A DNA stretch of 29,908 nucleotides, taken from NCBI GenBank assembly GCA_020635825.1, contig JACJZA010000026.1, forward strand, positions 1 through 29,908. The letters are read 5' to 3'. Positions 25,224 through 29,908 of this stretch are shown here, one piece after another. The stretch comes from Flavobacteriales bacterium (GTDB lineage Bacteria; Bacteroidota; Bacteroidia; Flavobacteriales_E; Vicingaceae). The notes below the pieces were generated by a model. That model saw nothing but the letters and a program-made list of their open reading frames with translations, was not told the origin of the DNA and did no database searches. How positions within the stretch are numbered: position 1 is the first letter of the stretch; the number at the start of each line of letters is the position of its first letter. Made by a program: the position numbers and the translations under genes.

Positions 25224-26270
25224 TTAATTATTCTCAGGTCTTAGTTTTCTAACTTGTTGACCTGCTTGCCATAATTCAGAGTTTTTGATTTCTGATAATT
25301 CTTCGTTTAATTTTTCACGATAGTTTCCTTGCCTGTTTGATTCTATCACTATGGCTGCTTCATTACCAGTAGAAACGCTATTATACAATTCTTCAAATAC
25401 AGGAGTTGCAGCATCTCTAAATTTATGTCGCCAATCCAATGCTCCTCTTTGAGCGGTTGTAGATGTATTAGCATACATCCAATCCATACCATTTTCAGCA
25501 ACCAAAGGCATTAAACTTTGAGTTAACTCTTCTACCGTTTCGTTGAATGCTTCAGAAGGTGAATGACCATTTTTTCTAAGCACATTATACTGAGCTTCAA
25601 ACAAACCAGCTAAAGCTCCCATTAATATCCCTCGTTCACCTGTTAAATCTGAGTAAACTTCATTTTTGAAAGTAGTTTCAAATAAATATCCAGAACCTAC
25701 ACCTATACCAAGAGAAACTACTCTATCAAAAGCCCTACCTGTTGCATCTTGAAAAATTGCATAACTTGAATTTAATCCTTTACCCTCCACAAATAATCTT
25801 CTTAATGAAGTTCCTGAACCTTTTGGAGCTACTAATATCACATCTACATCTTTCGGTGGTACAATTCCTGTTTGATCAGCATAAGTTACCCCAAATCCAT
25901 GAGAGAAATACAAAGCTTTACCCGGTGTCAAGTGTTTTTTAACCATTTCCCATTGAGCTATTTGTCCGGCATCAGAAAGCAAATACTGCAACATTGTTCC
26001 TCTTTCTGCTGCTTCTTCTAACTCAAATAAGTTTTCTCCAGGCACCCAACCATCTTCTACGGCTTTATCCCATGATTTTGATCCTTTTCTTTGTCCTACA
26101 ATTACTTTAAAGCCATTGTCTCTTAAGTTTAATGACTGTCCGGGACCTTGAACTCCATAACCTAAGACAGCTATAGTTTCATCTTTTAATGTTTCTTTTG
26201 CTTTTGCTAGAGGAAACTCTTCTCGAGTTATTACATTTTCTTCAACTCCTCCAAAATTTAATTTTGCCAT
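25224..26270 (-). CDS. ilvC: Ketol-acid reductoisomerase
   Basis: NADP-binding motif GYGVQGPGQSLNLRDNG. Length is 348 aa, and it sits in the ilv operon. Confidence 0.95.
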   Translation of the reverse strand: MAKLNFGGVEENVITREEFPLAKAKETLKDETIAVLGYGVQGPGQSLNLRDNGFKVIVGQRKGSKSWDKAVEDGWVPGENLFELEEAAERGTMLQYLLSDAGQIAQWEMVKKHLTPGKALYFSHGFGVTYADQTGIVPPKDVDVILVAPKGSGTSLRRLFVEGKGLNSSYAIFQDATGRAFDRVVSLGIGVGSGYLFETTFKNEVYSDLTGERGILMGALAGLFEAQYNVLRKNGHSPSEAFNETVEELTQSLMPLVAENGMDWMYANTSTTAQRGALDWRHKFRDAATPVFEELYNSVSTGNEAAIVIESNRQGNYREKLNEELSEIKNSELWQAGQQVRKLRPENN

Positions 26271-26275
26271 TTTTT

Positions 26276-26860
26276 TTAATTGTTTAATGATGCTATTTCT
26301 AATTCTTTTAAATATTCTTTTAATTGTTTCATTGGTTTTGTAATTGCTACTCTTCCTGAGCGAACAAACTCCAAAATACCATAGGGATTTAATTCATCGA
26401 ACAACAGCTGCGTTTCTTCCTTATGTCCTGTTTTTTCAATAATGGTAAACTCTTTTTCAAATGCTAATATTCGCGCATTATGAGACCTAATAATTCGCTC
26501 TACCGCTCCATCCGAAACGATTAAAGTAGATGGTAATTTATAAAGTGCTATTTCCTGAAAAACCAGTTCATCATTGGTGTGATAAAATGCACCAACAACA
26601 TCCACTTGTTTTTCGAGTTGTTTCACAACTTTTTTAACCAATTCTTCATCCTCAGAAATTACAATAGTGTATCGATGTATCCCTTTTACTTCGCTTTCTG
26701 AAGCTGCAATACTTTCTATATTTATATGCCTTCTGGTAAAGATTATACTTACTCTGTTTAGCAAACCTATTTGGTCTTCCGTAAAAACGGATATGGTATA
26801 TTGGCCCCTCCTAACCTCCCCAAAGGGGAGGGATTTTACACTACTATTATTTTCTTTCAT
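26276..26860 (-). CDS. ilvN: Acetolactate synthase small (regulatory) subunit; N-terminal extension encoded by a repeat element
   Basis: ACT domain YTISVFTEDQIGLLNRVSIIFTRRHINIESI. The only ATG upstream of it is at 26860, so residues SLPFGEVRRG are a translation of repeat copy A. Confidence 0.88.
   Translation of the reverse strand: MKENNSSVKSLPFGEVRRGQYTISVFTEDQIGLLNRVSIIFTRRHINIESIAASESEVKGIHRYTIVISEDEELVKKVVKQLEKQVDVVGAFYHTNDELVFQEIALYKLPSTLIVSDGAVERIIRSHNARILAFEKEFTIIEKTGHKEETQLLFDELNPYGILEFVRSGRVAITKPMKQLKEYLKELEIASLNN
26805..26832 (-). repeat. GC-rich three-arm element, copy A, inside the ilvN 5' coding region
   Basis: CCCCTCCtaaCCTCCCCaaaGGGGAGGg. It has a 7-bp stem cctcccc/ggggagg plus a mirror-image extra arm cccctcc. 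Confidence 0.85.
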
Positions 26861-26888
26861 TGTATTAAATTTTAGTCATTACTTAATT

Positions 26889-26915
26889 CTCCCCCTTTGG
26901 GGGAGTTAGAGGGGG
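26889..26915 (+). repeat. GC-rich three-arm element, copy B, between ilvB stop and ilvN start
   Basis: CTCCCCCtttGGGGGAGttaGAGGGGG. It has a 7-bp stem plus a mirror-image extra arm, is inverted relative to copy A, and ends 2 nt before the ilvB stop codon (26918-26920). Confidence 0.85.
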
Positions 26916-26917
26916 CT

Positions 26918-28645
26918 TTATTCCAACCTTATATCCGACACCGAACAACCTGTTGGAACCATAGGAAAAACATTGTTTTCTTTCCCAACCATTACTTCTA
27001 ATAAGTAAGAACCTTTATGTTCTATCATTTCTTTAATCGCATCGTTTAACAATTCTCTTTCTTTAATTTGTTTGGACGCAATTCCATAACCTTTTGCTAT
27101 GGTTTGAAAATCTGGATTTACCATTTCTGTAGCAGAATATCTTTTATCAAAAAACAAATCTTGCCACTGACGAACCATCCCTAAAAATTGATTGTTTAGT
27201 AATAATATTTTAACTTCCACTTTTGTTTGAAAAATAGTTCCCAACTCTTGAATTGTCATTTGAAAACCACCATCACCCACAACGGCAATTACTTGTTTTT
27301 TGGGCATTCCCATTTTTGCTCCTATTGCAGCTGGTAGACAGAACCCCATTGTTCCCAAACCTCCGGAAGTTATCATGCTTTTAGACTGTTGAAATTCGGC
27401 ATATCTACACGCTATCATCTGGTGTTGTCCTACATCGGTAACTACTATTGCTTTTCCTTCTGTATGTGTATTTACCCTTCGCATTACTTCTCCCATTGTT
27501 AATTCTCCAGACTTTGGATTTGTTTCGGCATTTATCACTTTAGACAATTCAACATCCCTAAGCCTGTAAAACTCATTCAACCAATTGGCATGATTATTTT
27601 CTTTTAGCAATGGAAGTAATAATGATAAAGATTCTTTACAATCTCCTAATACAGCGACATCTGTATTTACGTTTTTATCTATTTCTGCAGGATCTATTTC
27701 GAAATGAACAACCTTTGCCTGCTTGGCATATTTTTCTAAATTTCCAGTTACTCTGTCATCAAAACGCATTCCTACAGCAATTAACACATCACACTGATTG
27801 GTTAATACATTTGGAGCATAATTTCCATGCATTCCTAACATTCCTACATTTAAATCATGATTGGTGGGTAACGCACTCGATCCCATTATCGTCCATGCTG
27901 AAGGCAAACCTGCTTTTTCTATTACGGTTTTAAATTCTTCTTCAGCCCGAGCTAATATCACTCCTTGGCCAAAAACTACCAAAGGTTTTTTTGCTTGATT
28001 GATAAGCTCGGCAGCTTCTTTCAACTTATCTTTATTGATGATTGGTTTAGCTACATAACTTCTTACTTGCTGGCATTTTTCATATTCAAATTCAAACTCA
28101 CCAAATTGTGCATCTTTGGTAATATCTACTAGAACAGGACCCGGTCTACCGCTTTGTGCAACATAAAATGCTTTTGCTATAGCTGCAGGTATATCTTCTG
28201 CTTTTGTTACTTGACAATTCCACTTAGTAACAGGCATTGATATGCCGACCACATCCGTTTCCTGAAACGCATCCGTACCCAACAAATGAGAATGAACCTG
28301 ACCTGTTATACATACTAAAGGAGTTGAATCTATTTGAGCATCTGCAATTCCAGTAATCAGGTTAGTTGCTCCCGGCCCAGAAGTAGCTAAACAAACTCCT
28401 ACTCTACCTGAAGAACGAGCATATCCCTGAGCTGCATGTATAGCTCCCTGTTCATGTCTTGTTAGTATATGTTTTACTTCATTTTGATAATCATACAAAG
28501 CATCATAAACGGGCATTATGGCACCACCTGGATAGCCAAAAATGATATCCACTCCTTCTTCTACTAAACATTTGACAACTGCCTCTGAACCAGTAACCAT
28601 TGTTGTTCTATTCAAATCAAACTCTTGTATTTTTGTTAATTCCAT
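26918..28645 (-). CDS. ilvB: Acetolactate synthase large (catalytic) subunit
   Basis: ThDP-binding motif VVGDGGFQMTIQELGT...NN and N-terminal GYPGGAIMPVYDAL. Length is 575 aa. Confidence 0.95.
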   Translation of the reverse strand: MELTKIQEFDLNRTTMVTGSEAVVKCLVEEGVDIIFGYPGGAIMPVYDALYDYQNEVKHILTRHEQGAIHAAQGYARSSGRVGVCLATSGPGATNLITGIADAQIDSTPLVCITGQVHSHLLGTDAFQETDVVGISMPVTKWNCQVTKAEDIPAAIAKAFYVAQSGRPGPVLVDITKDAQFGEFEFEYEKCQQVRSYVAKPIINKDKLKEAAELINQAKKPLVVFGQGVILARAEEEFKTVIEKAGLPSAWTIMGSSALPTNHDLNVGMLGMHGNYAPNVLTNQCDVLIAVGMRFDDRVTGNLEKYAKQAKVVHFEIDPAEIDKNVNTDVAVLGDCKESLSLLLPLLKENNHANWLNEFYRLRDVELSKVINAETNPKSGELTMGEVMRRVNTHTEGKAIVVTDVGQHQMIACRYAEFQQSKSMITSGGLGTMGFCLPAAIGAKMGMPKKQVIAVVGDGGFQMTIQELGTIFQTKVEVKILLLNNQFLGMVRQWQDLFFDKRYSATEMVNPDFQTIAKGYGIASKQIKERELLNDAIKEMIEHKGSYLLEVMVGKENNVFPMVPTGCSVSDIRLE

Positions 28646-28648
28646 TTT

Positions 28649-29908
28649 CTAAAATTTATCGGTAACACACCCTAAAGAAGCTGAAGCCACAGTTCGGGCA
28701 TATTTATATAAAACACCACGTTTAACTTTTAACTCCGGAGCTACCCAATTAGCTCTTCTTTTTTCTAATTCTTGTTCAGACACGTGAACATTAATTGTGT
28801 TTAACTCTGCATCTATGGTTATTAAATCACCATTTTCAACCAATGCTATATTTCCTCCTTCTTGTGCTTCTGGTGTAATATGTCCTACAACAAATCCATG
28901 CGTTCCTCCAGAAAATCTACCATCAGTGATTAATGCAACTTCTTTACCTAAACCAGCACCCATTATAGCTGCTGTTGGCTTTAACATCTCAGGCATTCCA
29001 GGACCACCTTTAGGACCTTCATATCTAATTACTACGACATCACCCTTATTTACTTCTCCTTTTTTTATACCTTCATTAGCTTCATACTCCCCATTAAAAA
29101 CTTTAGCTGTTCCAGTAAATTTTAATCCTTCCTTGCCTGTAATTTTTGCCACACTTCCTTCTTTGGCTAAGTTTCCTTTCAAAATTCTAATGTGTCCTGT
29201 TTCTTTCAATGGTTTTTCTATAGGCATCACTACATCCTGTCCTACCACTAAATCAGCCACCAACTCAAGATTTTGAGCCAATGTTTTTCCAGTAACTGTC
29301 ATGCAATCTCCATGTAACAAACCTTTGTTTAATAAATACTTTAAAACCGCAGGAGTTCCCCCTATTTTATGAATGTCTTCCATTAAATATTTTCCACTTG
29401 GTTTTAAATCGGCCAAAAAAGGTGTTTTATCACTTATTTTTTGAAAATCGTCTATTGTAAATTCAACACCTGCCGCATCAGCTATTGCTAAAAAGTGAAG
29501 AACAGCGTTGGTTGAACCTCCCATCACAGTAACAAGGGTGATTGCATTTTCAAGAGATTTTCTAGTAACGATATCAGATGGTTTTAAATCGTGTTTAAGA
29601 AGTTCTACTACTTGCTTCCCTGCATCATATGATTCTTTCTCTTTTTCTCCTCCCATTGCTGGATTAGATGAATTATAAGGCAAAGACATACCTAATGCTT
29701 CAATTGCAGAAGCCATTGTGTTTGCAGTATACATTCCTCCACAAGCTCCGGCACCAGGTACTGCATTTTCTATTATCTCTTGATATTCTTTTTCATCCAT
29801 TGTTCCTGCAACTTTTGCTCCCCAAGCCTCAAAAGAAGAAACAATGTCTAATTTTTTACCGTGACAGTTTCCTGAAGCTACAGTTCCTCCATAAACCATT
29901 ATAGATGG
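28649..29908 (-). CDS. ilvD: Dihydroxy-acid dehydratase, N-terminus beyond the window edge
   Basis: The frame stays open to the window end (..[10 protein letters not shown]..). It carries the IlvD motifs [26 protein letters not shown] and [11 protein letters not shown]. Confidence 0.93.
   Translation of the reverse strand, partial: PSIMVYGGTVASGNCHGKKLDIVSSFEAWGAKVAGTMDEKEYQEIIENAVPGAGACGGMYTANTMASAIEALGMSLPYNSSNPAMGGEKEKESYDAGKQVVELLKHDLKPSDIVTRKSLENAITLVTVMGGSTNAVLHFLAIADAAGVEFTIDDFQKISDKTPFLADLKPSGKYLMEDIHKIGGTPAVLKYLLNKGLLHGDCMTVTGKTLAQNLELVADLVVGQDVVMPIEKPLKETGHIRILKGNLAKEGSVAKITGKEGLKFTGTAKVFNGEYEANEGIKKGEVNKGDVVVIRYEGPKGGPGMPEMLKPTAAIMGAGLGKEVALITDGRFSGGTHGFVVGHITPEAQEGGNIALVENGDLITIDAELNTINVHVSEQELEKRRANWVAPELKVKRGVLYKYARTVASASLGCVTDKF

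Noticed and set aside
20162-26915. Whether the four GC-rich repeats could be a CRISPR array or an integron attC series.
   Set aside because: There are only four copies in two inverted pairs 6 kb apart. They lack regular spacing or a direct-repeat organisation, and there are no cas or intI genes in the window.
1530-29904. 17 ORFs in the track lie antisense to, or mostly within, much longer well-supported genes: 1530-1718, 1899-2081, 7333-7539, 9238-9420, 9881-10090, 10087-10272, 10445-10633, 11312-11512, 12978-13256, 21464-21694, 22366-22602, 24106-24621, 25742-25942, 26667-26909, 27610-27933, 28797-29276 and 29668-29904.
   Set aside because: Each is the shadow frame of a gene with clear family motifs. 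Their translations are low-complexity or compositionally odd, and none has its own promoter-like box, so I treat them as non-coding.

Overview
AT-rich, tightly packed chromosomal segment that looks like Bacteroidota, probably Flavobacteriia. Supporting signs are a T9SS C-terminal sorting domain, TAnnTTTG-type -7 promoter boxes, several FKBP lipoproteins, and GxxExxY and DUF559 singleton genes. Most of the window is housekeeping. On the minus strand there is a translationally coupled nrnA plus five-FKBP-isomerase operon ending in a clean intrinsic terminator, a lipoprotein/zinc-finger exported protein pair, a sodium:solute symporter, an OmpA/TPR/PD40 protein, queE, and an ilvD-ilvB-ilvN-ilvC-ilvA operon. 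On the plus strand there are recR plus a GT2 glycosyltransferase, and serC-serA-(GxxExxY)-DUF1015-yggS. I found no rRNA, tRNA or CRISPR array and no recognisable defence or secretion gene cluster. Three things are not explained by ordinary gene content. (1) A 780-bp ORF-free gap (17809-18588) contains a 31-bp inverted-repeat pair enclosing 230 bp and several strong hairpins; it could be a structured ncRNA or long leader, a MITE, or an invertible DNA switch next to a surface-protein gene. (2) A four-copy family of GC-rich three-arm elements brackets a DUF559 nuclease gene and also sits at the ilvB/ilvN junction, partly inside ilvN coding sequence. Its three arms covary in a way compatible with a hairpin plus mirror-repeat (triplex-type) fold. 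(3) Two further repeat systems are present: a 12-bp inverted repeat bracketing the GxxExxY nuclease gene, and a tgtcat...ctgag palindromic REP-like family in two spacers. All calls come from reading the sequence and recalling family motifs; no searches were run.
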